Below the pieces are notes generated by a model, which was not told the origin of the DNA, did not search any database, and saw only the letters and a list, made by a program, of their open reading frames with translations. Below, piece after piece: positions 12,606 through 24,500 of a stretch of 64,000 nucleotides of DNA (positions are counted from its first letter, which is position 1; each line of letters begins with the position of its first letter). The position numbers and the translations under genes are program-made. The stretch covers positions 106,270,001 to 106,334,000 of the forward strand of contig NC_087436.1 of the NCBI RefSeq assembly GCF_036321535.1, given 5' to 3'. The stretch comes from Camelus dromedarius (lineage: Eukaryota).

Positions 12606-13454
12606 ATCACTTCCAACTTCTGAGTTTAAAGTAAGAAAATGGAATATGGATATTGAAGTTTCTTTTCTCTCCATCTTCAATATCTTGAAAGAAAGAGTCC
12701 TTTGGACTGACTTCTGAGTTACTCCTCGGGAGAAATAATGAGGCTGCTTTTTTGTTGTTGTTGTTCAGAAATAAATTTTCTGCATGTCCAGCAGATATCT
12801 ACGTAATTATTTATTTATGATGTTACGGCATCACTAACCTAAGACTCTGCTCACCCACGTGTTTAGGAACATGAAGGCAAATGGATCACTCAGCATCCTA
12901 AGGCTTCAGAGCTTTGCCATTTTGATAGGAAAGGTATTTCTGAGAGAAAATCGACCTGAAAGCAGCCTAAATGTAGCAGTAAATGAACGTGAGTTGGAGT
13001 TAAGCTTCCTGGCTCTGCACCGCCCCCGTCTCTCCCAGTCATCTGAAGCCATTTCTGCAGAACTCTGCTTTGCCAGTTTCACACAGGGTAGCAGCATGAC
13101 ACAGGAGTAATGGCTTTTGTGTGTCTGTACATGTGACTTTTCCCCTCTATCATCCACTTGAAGGCATTTTGGAATAGTTGTTTTTTTTTTTTGGTAAGCA
13201 GCAGATAAACCTAAATTGAATTCAATGTTAGTTAAAAAAAAAAAAGTGGCTTATGTTAGAGACAAGGATGTGTTCTTTCAGCTCTAAATGGGATCACAAA
13301 AACCTGAACTCAAGGTGTTATTTCCTGTGGGGCAGAGAAAGATTATTTCCCCCTGTGACACTTCTTCATGGTACTATTCTTGATTCACTCTTGTACCATT
13401 CTCTAATTGGTGTGTGTGTGTACATTTTTTTATTCCTTCTCTCTTTTATTGTGA

Positions 13455-13915
13455 AAATAGTAAGTAGTGTATAAGAATTAACTATTATGTGCCAGGCAAT
13501 GTTTAAAGCACTCTGTGTATATTGACACATTCAATTCTCACAATCACATTTCAAGGTAGGTATTCTAATTACCTGCATTATGCAGATGAGGAAACTGAGG
13601 CAGAGATAAGTTACTAGTCCTGGATCACACAGTAATGCAGCAGGGATGTGAACCCAGGAAGTCTGGCTTCTGAGCCTGTGTTTTAACCACTGCTCTGCTC
13701 AGCCTCTTTGGAGTTGCGTATATATTCACTTCTGGACTGTTGCTGGGGTGATGCAACATACCAGCTGTGTGGCTTTGAACAAATCCCTTAAAAACCTCTG
13801 CTGCTAGGTTTTTATCATTAAATTGGTGATGTATCTTATGAAAGGTTTTTGTGAGATCAAATAAGAGACTATTAAATATTGAAGTGCGCCTGTCCTGGGG
13901 TAGATGCTCCATCAG
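13455..13915. mobile_element. Divergent MIR pair: (-) 13455-13705 and (+) about 13720-13915
   Basis: cagatgaggaaactgaggcagaga...gaacccaggaagtctggcttc (-); cagctgtgtggctttgaacaaatccctta (+). Confidence 0.8.
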
Positions 13916-13934
13916 TTCAGTTTGATTTCACAAG

Positions 13935-14945
13935 CATCATTTGAGCGTGTGTGCAGTGCAAGGCACAGAGGACACAAGAATGGTTAGGACAGACATGTCC
14001 CATGCCTTCTCAGAGCCTCCTATCCAGTAGAGAGGTGGACAAAATCGACAAACAATAACCAATCTTGACAAGTGCTGAAAAGGAAAGAAGTTACTGTTGA
14101 CTTCCCTCCACATGACGAGCCTTGAGCTTGGCCCCATAGGAGGAGCTCAGTAAATACCTGCTAGATTAGATGGACCACCCCAACTGCTGAAGACTGTCAA
14201 CAAGTGTGGCTTAAACATGTCAATGTCAGATGAAGGTGTGATCTGAAGAAGCAGAGGGTGGAGCAGGGCTGACTCGGACGGAACTGCAGCCAGTACAAGC
14301 CGAGAAGACAGATAGGGCAGTGGTCAGCTGGGAGATGTCCCCCCAGGAGCAGAGTGAGCACTATGGACAGATGGCAAAATGGGAAGACAAGAGGTGTCAT
14401 AAGCTGGGCGCCCCCATGTGAGCCCTGTCTCTGCCATAGGTCTGCTCTGGGACCATGGGCAAGGTTTTTAGCTCTTAAAGATTCCTGGCCTCCAGCCTCT
14501 GCCCCTTATTTATAAAAGCAGAGCTGGTCATATGTACCTTGCAAGATTTCTGTAACTGTCATGTCAGAAGGTTATGAAAAAATGCAAAAGGATTCTTAGA
14601 AATATATCTGGTGCATTTTAATTGTTTAGTGAATATTAGTTTTTATGATTATTGTTCATGATTGTTATTATAACTTCATTCTTGTAAGAGAGTGTCTGTA
14701 TTGCTGCTAAATCATTGTTAGTTTCCTTTCCTTTTAGCTGCCTCAAAAAAGAATGTCATAGGGAATCGTGGTGTGGTGGAAAGATTGAGTGACAAGGAAG
14801 ATTCTCGTCTGGGGCTTAAGTCTCCCACCAGGGGCATGGTGGAACCTCCTAATAGTCACTTCCCCTCTTTGGCTTCAGTCTCTCAGTAGGCAAAATCTGT
14901 GTTGAGCGGGGTGAGCTGCAAGGTCATTTTTTTTATACTGAGATT
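13935..14945. mobile_element. Cluster of short L2 ends (13935-14170) and MIR/MIR3 (+) fragments (14395-14660, 14760-14945)
   Basis: ttgagcgtgtgtgcagtgcaaggcac; gctcagtaaatacctg; gaccatgggcaagg; gtcacttcccctctttggcttcagt. Confidence 0.55.
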
Positions 14946-15023
14946 CTCTCGTGGTCTTCTGAGATTGTACATTTGACCACTGGAGACCCCCAGATGGGAA
15001 GATTATCAAGAAAGTTATCATCT

Positions 15024-15233
15024 GTAGTGACTTTGACTGTCCCCCCACCCAGGGACATTTCTGATGTCTCAGTGGCTTGGGGCGGTGTAGGGAGGGCAGG
15101 GCTGGTGCTGCTGGCGTCTAGTGGATTGTAGCCTGGGATTCTGCTAAGCATCTAACAGTACGCTGGTCAGACCTCTACAACAGAGAGCAATCTGCGCTGA
15201 AGTGTTAACAGTATGAAGGTTGAAAACTCCCTG
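15024..15233 (+). mobile_element. MER20 (hAT-Charlie)
   Basis: cccagggacatt...gtgctgctggcgtctagtgg...gattctgctaagcatct.acag...gttaacagt..gaaggttgaaaa..ccctg. Confidence 0.75.
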
Positions 15234-15584
15234 CTCGTTATTCACCTTGTGTTTTCAGAACTTGGGGCCTGAGCCACGACTGCACAGGCATCCACGCCCC
15301 CATTCACGGCTATTTCACTTGCTCATTTGAAGGGGCCACAGGCAACTGTTGTTGTTTGGGAGCCGTTTCTTCCTATTCTCTTCTGTCTCTTTGTGACTGG
15401 CAGTAGGGAACCAAGATGAGGTGTCATGCGACATAAGAAATAGAATCAGGGACCCCTTAGAGAGAAGAGTGTGAAGCAACTTCTGTATTAAAGGGCCATA
15501 AAGAGAAAGGAAGTGGGTCAGCATCTGTCTTGCTAAGGGACTGATGGGCAGTGAGTGGTTAGATTCTTGTGGGAAACCTTTGTG

Positions 15585-16009
15585 CCGTTAAATGTGCTGG
15601 CTCACTGTGCGTGCCAGGCTGTGTGCTGTTGCTGAGGGTATAGAGCACAGGACAGCACGGAGCAAGCCTCTGCTCTTGTATAGGAGCTTTCCTGTGCCTT
15701 CCCGCTTTTCATCCACAGACAAGCCCTCCTCATTCTTCCAGACCCAGCTCAGAGCATCTTCCTTCTCTCACTCTATCGGGGTGAGTTGGGTACTCTCCTG
15801 TCTCTTCCCATTAAACCCTGCACTTACCTTCCTACTCAGCTGTTTATCTGTCTGCTTCCTTGCAGAGAACAGATCTCATTCTTCTCTATACCCTGAGCAT
15901 CTTGCCTCATGCCCGGCACTGAGCAGGCACTCAAAAACTGCTTGTTGAAAGAATGTGTGACAGAAGAAATGAATGAATGAATGAATGAATGAATGAATGA
16001 ATGAATGAA
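15585..16009. mobile_element. Head-to-head L2 3' ends: (-) 15585-15690 and (+) 15690-16009 with (GAAT)n tail
   Basis: gtgccaggctgtgtgct...gggtatagag (-); gcccggcactgagcaggcactcaaaaactgcttgttgaa and GAAT array 15968-16008 (+). Confidence 0.75.
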
Positions 16010-17269
16010 ACGGGCAGAGCTTCAGGGGCCAGTCTTCATGCAGTTTTAAGACTCCTCCTCCTTTTCACCTTCCCAGTCTACTCTGTGAATCCCAGATTTG
16101 AAAGAGAGAAGAGAGAGGTGAGGAGGACAGCTTTCCAGCTGAGGTCTCCCTGGGGTGCACAGAGGTGACTGCCACTTGCAGGAAAGGAGGCTACGGGGAA
16201 CTGAGAGCAATTTGAACACAAACGAGAAGTGTGGATGAGCCAGTGTTGTGGGTCAGGAGCATGAAGGTGATCAAGGAAAATAATGGGGCTGGTAACTGCT
16301 CTATTTTGGGGAAATATTAACGATCTCCATAAAGATGGTATATGACTCAAAAGGTATTATTTTTAGTAGATGTCTTCGAGTTGTATGAATTAATAAGGAG
16401 CAGCTTGGGTAGTGGAACTCATTAACTGCTCAAATCTACCTTATTTACACCAAACGTAAACCTCTCTCAGACTAGTGGCATCAGCCATCATAAATGACAT
16501 CCCCAGTGTGAACTGTGTTTTCTGGTAGAGACCGTATTTTTGTTGTAGGGCATGGGGGTGGGGAGGCCAGCTTTTGGATGCCTTGGATACTTTTTTCACA
16601 GGTGACTTCATCTGTTACCCACAACCCTCATTGAAACCAATAATTCAAACCCAACACAAAGACACTTGGCAACCGATCAGACAGTGACTGTGTTTGTTAA
16701 ACACTGTTGTGTAGCAGTTAATTCAGTTCTATTAGAGTCGTTTAAGTCGGTCAATGGTCTGTTGTCCTCATCAATAGGTTATTAGTGTTAATTTATCGTT
16801 CAGTTCCTCCCTCACACTTTACCAGCAGAAGCACTCTCTCTGCGTTGTAGGGGACTGATTGTTGAATGGGGAGCCTCTTCCTCATCTCGGTTTCCTCCTG
16901 TAACCCCCTTCCAGACCAACACACCTCCTTTATACAGAGAGCCCTGGGCAGCTTGTACTTCCCCCAGCAATTTTTTGATACAGGACTTTTCTCTCAGGTC
17001 TTCAGTCAAATGGCCTTGTTCACTGAGACTTTCTTTTTTCTGGCAATGGTATGAAAGTGCTGGCTTCCATGCTTATTGTTTGTTTTTCCTGTGGTCTAAC
17101 AGACATTTTGGAGTCTTGACTCTAAATAAAGGATGAGTGAAGCAACGATATCGATGTCATTCTCACACTTTCTCATTTCCCTCTCCCCACCTGCCTCTAC
17201 CAACTGCTGTATCACCTGATTTGCAGCGGAGAGTGGAGGCCAATGGACTCTATTGGGGGCTTTCAATAT

Positions 17270-19570
17270 GGCATCCCCTTTAACCTTTCTCTAAGGTAGG
17301 CATTGGCATTCCAGTTATTCAGATGGGGAATCAAGGGTCCCCAACAATAGGTAGTGCACCTGAGGTCACAGAGCCAGTAAGTGGAAAACTGGGATTTCCA
17401 ATCCAGATTTATTTTCGCTCCAACATTCCAGTAAATCCCATCAAATACTATCTGCAAACAAAAGGAGAAGACTGAGGAAGTGAAAGCAAAGGACATTATG
17501 TCTGGAAAATAGGAGAACATTGGACATGGAATGCAGGGGAAAGTTGAGGGATTAAATTATTTCTTACCATTTCTACTAATGAATATCTTGGATGTTCATT
17601 GAGCTGATCCAGAAAAATTCTCAGAACTTTCTCATAGTTTCTCCTCATAGATCATGAACCAGGACCTGGAAAGAGTCAACCTCTGGTCAATAATGTTACC
17701 AACATTCTAGGTCTTGGAATTTATCTATCTTCTTGATGCTGCTTGAATTTTTGGGTCCCTTTTAGGAAGTGGAGGAACAGTGTAGCAAATAATTACATTA
17801 ATAGCTAACATTTATTTGGAACTTTCTGCACAACAGGGAAGCATCTAATCTAGTGCTTCTTAAACTGCTTGTGGGGAAGACACCCCCTACCCCCACCTCC
17901 ACTGCCACCAAAACTTCCTTTTTTTTTTTCCTTAAAGAAACTCCAACCTGTCATGGACTGTGGCCCTATTAACATGTGCTAAAAAGTAATTAATAGAAAA
18001 ACTAATTTTTAAAATGGCATTAAAAAATACAAGCCCCATTGTTTTATTATTATTGGAGTTTGCAGACATAAAATTATTCTCTTAGAAGGTTACTTTCAGT
18101 GCTTCTCTGATCATGAACTGATGGAATACAGGATGAAACCAGCGGGGTCCAGGGACCACACTTTGAGTGGCCCTTCTCTAAGCAACCTACGTGTAGTCAT
18201 TCTTGGGAGGACTATTTTCCTCATGTTGCAGGAGAAGGGATGGAGGCACAGGGACTAACTTCCCAAGGCTACAGAGCTAGTGAGATGAGAAGCCCACATT
18301 GGGAGGCAGGCATCTGGTTCCAAGACCTTCTGTGTAAACCTCTCTGCATCCTGTCTTGACACACAGTGCACAGGGGTTGGGCTTAGAACGAGATGGACTC
18401 CAGGCAAGTCCTGACTCGATCATTTAGTACCTGTCTGACATTAGGATTAAATGACATCTCCAAGGCTAATAGATGGCCCCTGGCATGATGTAGGTGCTCA
18501 ACAAAGAGAAGGCCTTCATTCTGACAAGGACAGAATTCCAGGTGGCACTTTGATGATGATTCCGGGTAAATTATTTGATTCAGTGCGGTGACTGTTCCAC
18601 ACGCCAGTGTTTCTCAATTGTCACGTTTGTCAGAAAGCACTTTGTCAGTATTTTTTTTTTTATTCCATGAAAGGAATTAAGTTTAACTTTATCATCTTTA
18701 TATTTCCTCCCATTTATTACTAAATCCTGTGGCAGAAATGGCCAGCTATGAAACTTAATAGAAGAGATTTTATTTCCCTGGGGAACCAGTCAAACAACTG
18801 TGGAGTCTAATGCCTGGTTTTAAATTCTGGCTTTTCCTATTATTAGCTGTGTGCTCTTGATTAAGTTTATTTTCCCAAGCCTCAGCCTCCTCATCTGTAA
18901 AATGGGTGACATGATGACACTATAACCTATTTCAGAGCATCACTATGAGGATTCAATAAATCAATACATGCAATGCACTTGGCACAAGACCTTGTAGATA
19001 AAAGGACTTAGCAGATATTAGTCATTATTATTGGTGCTGATTTGTGGGAGAAGGGATGGTTTCCACAGTTCACCATATGTGGCCCCTAACTGAAAAGTTT
19101 GCAAAAATTAATGCTAACATTAATGGTTAACTATTTCTCTGTAGCACCTATACATGCAGGACCTAGTTCTAGTTCATTTCTAACACATTATTCATGTAAT
19201 TCTCTCAGCATTTTACCGACCGGTCATTAAGTCTCAGGATGGTCAAATTACTTGCTCAGTATTCCAGAGTGAGTGCATGGAGCTTCTCCAGGTTGAGCCT
19301 GTGATCCACCTGGCTGCACCCGACACTGTTTTTCACTTCATTCGACTCAGAAGCAAAACTGATAACAAATAATGAGTTGGCATTTGCTTAGTTCTATGGT
19401 TGGGCTCTGTTCCAAGTGCTTTACAAGAATCATATCATTTTATCCTCACAAAATCCTATAAGTACCACCATTATCCCCATTGTTATAGGTGAAAAAACAG
19501 AGTCAAGGGGAGCAGGGACTCAGGTAGTGAGAATGTGACCCCACTTAGAGTGCAGGCCGGCTGCTCAGAG
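17270..19570. mobile_element. Dense MIR cluster (about 17270-17425 -, 17790-18355 - split, 18360-18505 +, 18795-19030 +, 19105-19340 -, 19365-19570 -)
   Basis: Repeated MIR core motifs, e.g. cctcagcctcctcatctgtaaaatggg, aacttcccaaggctacagagctagt, ttatccccattgttatagg. Confidence 0.75.
17851..18175. mobile_element. hAT-Charlie element nested in MIR
   Basis: Ends tagtgcttcttaaactg ... gggaccacactttgagtggc typical of Charlie-derived MITEs; subfamily uncertain. Confidence 0.65.
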
Positions 19571-20488
19571 GCCATGATGTGCAACAAATGGCGAGAAACA
19601 CACACCCGCAGACAGCAGCCTGGGACGGGGGTGCATGTCCCTGTTTCTTGAGTTGAATGTTTTCCCTTCCCTGTAAAACTAGAGGCTTGCATCAGGCCCC
19701 CTTTAAAGTCCTTTCTGCCACTAAAAGCCTGTGACTCTAGAGGTAAGAGGGAAAATACAGCTTTCCTAGTACGTCTCCGCCATGTTACTGACCCGCTGGA
19801 AAGTGGCCGTCACGTGAACGGCTTAATTTATCCCTAGGCCTTATTTATACAATTCTGGGGAAAGGAGCAAGGATGGAGGCCCAACAGAGCAATTTGAAGC
19901 ATGTCATCAGCTTCTCACTCGGGAGCGAGGCCTGGCGTGCCGGTTCTCTTCCTAAACCTGTACAATGGCATTGTGGGCCGAGAGATTTCTCAGGTTGGGT
20001 CTCTCATCCCGCAGCTTTCTTATACACCCTGCTCCTCAGAGAGACGTCAGGTGATTGCTTGTTGTGCAAAGTGGCCGCTCCACGATGCAGAGTGAAGGAC
20101 GGACAATTATTTGGTGGAAGTGCATGTCTCAAGAGTTGCCAATTTTCCCCATGGAGTCTTTGAGTTTTCTGTTGATAGCGGCTCATTTGTTGGTCCACAG
20201 AATAAAAAAAAAAAAAAAAGGTTTTTGAAACTTTGAGCTTTCCACACTAATCTCAAGGTTTCATTTAAAAAATGGTTTTGCCATTCCCTTTAACTTAATG
20301 GGAGAGAGGGGCCTAAAAGTTGACCACGCACCCTCTTCTACAGACAAGGAAGCTGATGGTCAGCACTGTGACTTGGCCAGTCTTGGCCCTGGATAGTGAA
20401 TCATTTATACCCAGGTTTCTATCCATCCCTGAAACTTTACTCTACATTTTGTGTGTACAAATATTTCTTGGAAGAGAAGGTTTATGGC

Positions 20489-20528
20489 ATGGTTCCACAT
20501 GGTTCCTCACGGTTCCTCGTGGTTCCAC
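20489..20528 (+). repeat. Minisatellite, 4 x 10 bp (RYGGTTCCWC)
   Basis: atggttccac atggttcctc acggttcctc gtggttccac. Confidence 0.95.
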
Positions 20529-20559
20529 AGATCGTGCGCGTGAATGATGCTGTCGGGTG

Positions 20560-20823
20560 AAGGGCAGTTGGGACTTGGGGACAGGACATGCCCCGTTGTA
20601 AGGAAAAGTTGCTACTTGGCATCAGCCAGTTATTACCATGGGGTCATGCTGACCTAAATTGTCAGTCCTTTAGACTTCTCAAGAGAAGTAAATTTTCTGG
20701 ACTTTCTGTAAAATATTTCAGTTTTATATTGTCGATTCATTCAAAGATTTTTAAGGTAGTGCAGGCCAAACACATGATGTTGGCTTAGGTATTAACTACA
20801 GGGCCACCCATTTGTAAACACAA
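20560..20823 (-). mobile_element. MER102-like (hAT-Charlie)
   Basis: catgccccgt...gctact...cagcca...tcaagagaag...gtgcaggccaaaca...gggccacccatttg follows the antisense MER102 consensus as recalled. Confidence 0.7.
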
Positions 20824-22319
20824 ATTTAGAGATCTCATCAGATTCTAGAGAGAAACCATGGTGCAAAAAACCTGGGGAAACACCAGCCTTGCTAATGACA
20901 GATACGGCACTAAGTGACAGGTTTTATCCCATCAGATGATGTGATGATTAAAAAAAAAAAACAATCCTCTAAACCTGAAGTTGCATTTAAGTCAGTTGAG
21001 AGCAACTTCTCTTTTATTGAACGTTACATGTATTTACGACAATGTTTCATTTTATCTCCCCCTGTCGGTTACACTTGAGACCTGGCTGATTTCTGTGTTA
21101 ATATCCATACCTTCTTTCCTGGTGACAAATACCTATCTGTGAGGGGGCGAGGCACTGGACAGAGGTGACTGGCAGCTCTAAGTAAGTATTAGAGACACGT
21201 CAAACTCAGTTAAATAAGACAGATTGCAAGTAGGGGCCTGGGGAGAGGAAACAGAGCTGTGATTCTTGGGGAGGGAGGAGAGTATTCCTTCAAGAAACGG
21301 ATGTGAATTGAGAGAAACTGGAAATTTTATCACTGCAGATAAATCTCTACTGCACTCTCCAAATCCAGGGCCTTGGCTATGAAATAAAGACGATGGTGTG
21401 TAGTCAAGTGTATTGAAACTCCCACAGATGTTTATTTGAGGTTCAGTCTTAATAAAATACATAGAGGCTTCTCTTTATTTCTCCTGCCCTCACGCTCTCC
21501 CTCTCTTAATTTATCCCATGTAGCACCCGAAGACTCCCCCTTTCCAGAAAAGGCACTGATGACTCTGGGTGTATTTAAAAGTGCTCAGGGACTAGAGGTC
21601 ATTCTCACTTAAGAAAGGAAATCCCGAGTTTGGAGACGGGACATTTGTATTGCAGCTTGGTAACAGGGGAGCGGGGTAGGTTTTCAGCTCACTTGTCAAA
21701 AGGACTTTATTTATCAGTCTTAAAAGTACTAAGTAACTTGTCATTACTTCTATAACAGTGGGAGATAATTAAATCCTACATGCTTTAAGGAATCAAGCCA
21801 GGGTCAGAGCTGTTTTGCATACAACCTGCACAGATTAGGTGAAAGTAGCCTGTTTAAACTGTCACTTGATATTATATTAGCTATTAGATAAATGGTACAG
21901 AACTGTGCAGCACAGCAGATATTTGGCAGGGCCTCTCCATCCTCGCGCCGTGCTACGGCAGGATTCTAGGAATCGCTTATTTGGGGATAACTTGATACTC
22001 TTAGGCAATGGGAGAGCATGACCACTGGCTGGTCTGTTGAAATTGCCATCAAACACGAGAATGCTTAGTGCTTTTCATTTCCAAGGAAGCCCTGAAGTTG
22101 ATCTCTGAGAAGGAGCTGGACAGGAAGAAGTGGATCTAAATTGCTACCCATTGGAATTTGGGGACTGTCGCGCTGGGTTGTGAGCAGCAATGTGACAAGG
22201 CTGTTGAGAAAAGCCAAAACCAGAAATCAAGTTAAGTAGGACGATGTGGGTGGACAGCAAGGGTGGAGGCAGGAGCTGCTTCTTGTGAACTAAGCCAGGG
22301 AAGAGCTGGCCGTTGATGT

Positions 22320-24500
22320 AGCGGGAAGACTACGGTCTCTGGAATCAGACACACGTGGTTGGGAAACTTGGTTCCATCGCTCACCTGTATGTGACTTAAC
22401 CTCTCGGCCTCAGTTTCCTTGTCTGTAAGGTACCTGGGTCAGTGCTTAGAACATAGAACATGCATTGTACATGTTGGTTCTGGCAGAAGTCTGACCGTCC
22501 ACTTAGAAAGGTGTCCGTTAGTGAGTTAAGCTTGAATACTGATCCAAACATAGGATGTTTGTCCTTTCTTATTCTAGTCTATTGGTGGCTGCCAGCAGCC
22601 TGTGGTCCCCAGGTGTTGATTATACCCATGGAGAAGGCAGAAATAAGTGAATTATGCCACTGTTTGCAGCATGGGCATCCCAGGATAGCATTTCAGCTAT
22701 AAACTTCCACTTAAGCTGACTGCACTTTGGAATGCTCTCCCAAGAAAAGCTAGGTTCTACCTGCTTTGAGGGTTTGTCACAAAGCAAACTCAGCCCTCTA
22801 TAGTCAGAGATGCCCCTGCTCTGACCACCCCACATGATTTATTCTTGTTTTTCTTATGTCACGTAGGATTTCTATCTTGTATTATAGTGTTTGGGGCTTT
22901 TAAAATCTCTTCTACGCAAAATCACTGTGTGGTCCGGATTTGATGCAGCCAGAACATCCTCTACAATCCCTGGGTATAACAGGAACTCAACAAATGTTTG
23001 TTGAATGAATATAAACAGTTTGCTAAGAGACTGGAGGATGATTTTATTGATCTTAGTTTCTCTTATATCATCTGCACTTTCAGTGTCCAAGGGAACTAAG
23101 ACTTAAGTCAATGGCCCCAAGAGTATATACTTCCTGTGCTATCAGCTCTCATATCTTTGAGATACTATGGCTAGAAAATTCTGGAGTCCAGAGACAAGAG
23201 TGCCCTGAACATTAAAGCAGAAGCCACACATGCAGTACCAAAGGGCACTGGGCTCTGTCTTTCTCCACTTATTAGTGAGGGTCCCACTTGGCCCTATCTG
23301 TTCTTTTCTGAATCTGTTTTTCCTTTGTTAACCTAGACTTCAGAAGCTATGAAAAAGGGACACTTGATCTGAGCCACAGCAGAGTTGAGTGGTTGAGTGG
23401 GAAGTGATCCATCCCTGCCTTCTGGCGCCCCAGAGGCTCAGGCTGCTCTCCAGTCTGAGGCAGACAGTGGTGCCAAATTCGAATTCAGTGTTCAGATTCC
23501 TACTTAGGGAAGCATCTTGTGCTCCTGTCTCACCCTCCCCTCCTGCGCCGGTTACTCACGTTCACCGTAACAAGTGCCCGATACTGTGGGGTATCTACCT
23601 AATGCCAAGCACTTTTCTGGGTTCCTGGAATACGTCAGTGAGCAAACAGGTGGCAAATCTCAGTCCTGTGGCACTTACATCTTAATGGGCAGGGGCAGGC
23701 ATCCAACAAAATAAAGACAATTGGAAAATGACAGATATGTTGGGAGGCAGATAGGGGAAGGGAGAGCAGGACGACGGGGAGACACAAAGGGAGAGATGGA
23801 TTGGCGATGGAGGGGGTTGGGAGAGTCAGAGACACAGTGGCAGAGAGACAACCAGAGACGAGACAGAAAGAGGAGAGAGAAGCCGCGAGGGGCAGTGAGG
23901 AGTTGGACAGACGACAGAGAGGAAAGAGTGGTCACGCCAGAGAGCCATGTTTCCACCTCCTCAGCGCTCACCAGCCCACCTGCATCTTGGTCTTCTCTCT
24001 CCCCTCCACCCTGCCCTCTCCTCCAGGCGCCTTCTCACACGTCTGCACAGCCCATCATTTCCCCATCCCTATCCTGCCTGAAAGTGGTCTAGTCTCTCCC
24101 TGTTGCCCTGAGGATATGTTCACCCCTAGCGCTGGCCACTCCCTACCGCTCCAGTCGCAGCTCTCACCATCATCTACCCTGTAAAGTCTTCTCTGATCAC
24201 TCCTCTCCATTCTGGGATGGGGGCCCCATTTTCATGGGCTCCTACCTTCTGGTCTCAGTCTTCTGTGAACTGAATCAGGAAGTTTTAATTCTAATGGCAG
24301 CTAACACTCAAGATGCTGACCAAGGACCAGGCACTGAGCCCAGCACTCTCATGGGTTAGCTGGTTTAATCCTCCGAACCATCCTTGAAGGTAAATACTAT
24401 TATTACCTTCACTTTTGAGGTGATGAAGCTGTGGCACAGAGAAGTTTAGAAACTTTTCCAAGGTAACCCAGCTTGTAAATAGCAGAGCAGCCTGCTCTTC
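22320..24500. mobile_element. MIR (+) 22320-22480; L2 ends 22950-23010 (+) and 23575-23740 (-); MIR (-) 24290-24500
   Basis: acttaacctctcggcctcagtttccttgtctgtaa; ctcaacaaatgtttgttgaatgaat; ctacctaatgccaagcact; gaagctgtggcacagagaagttt. Confidence 0.65.

Noticed and set aside
20489..20528. CRISPR-like regular repeat
   Set aside because: No spacers; eukaryotic minisatellite.
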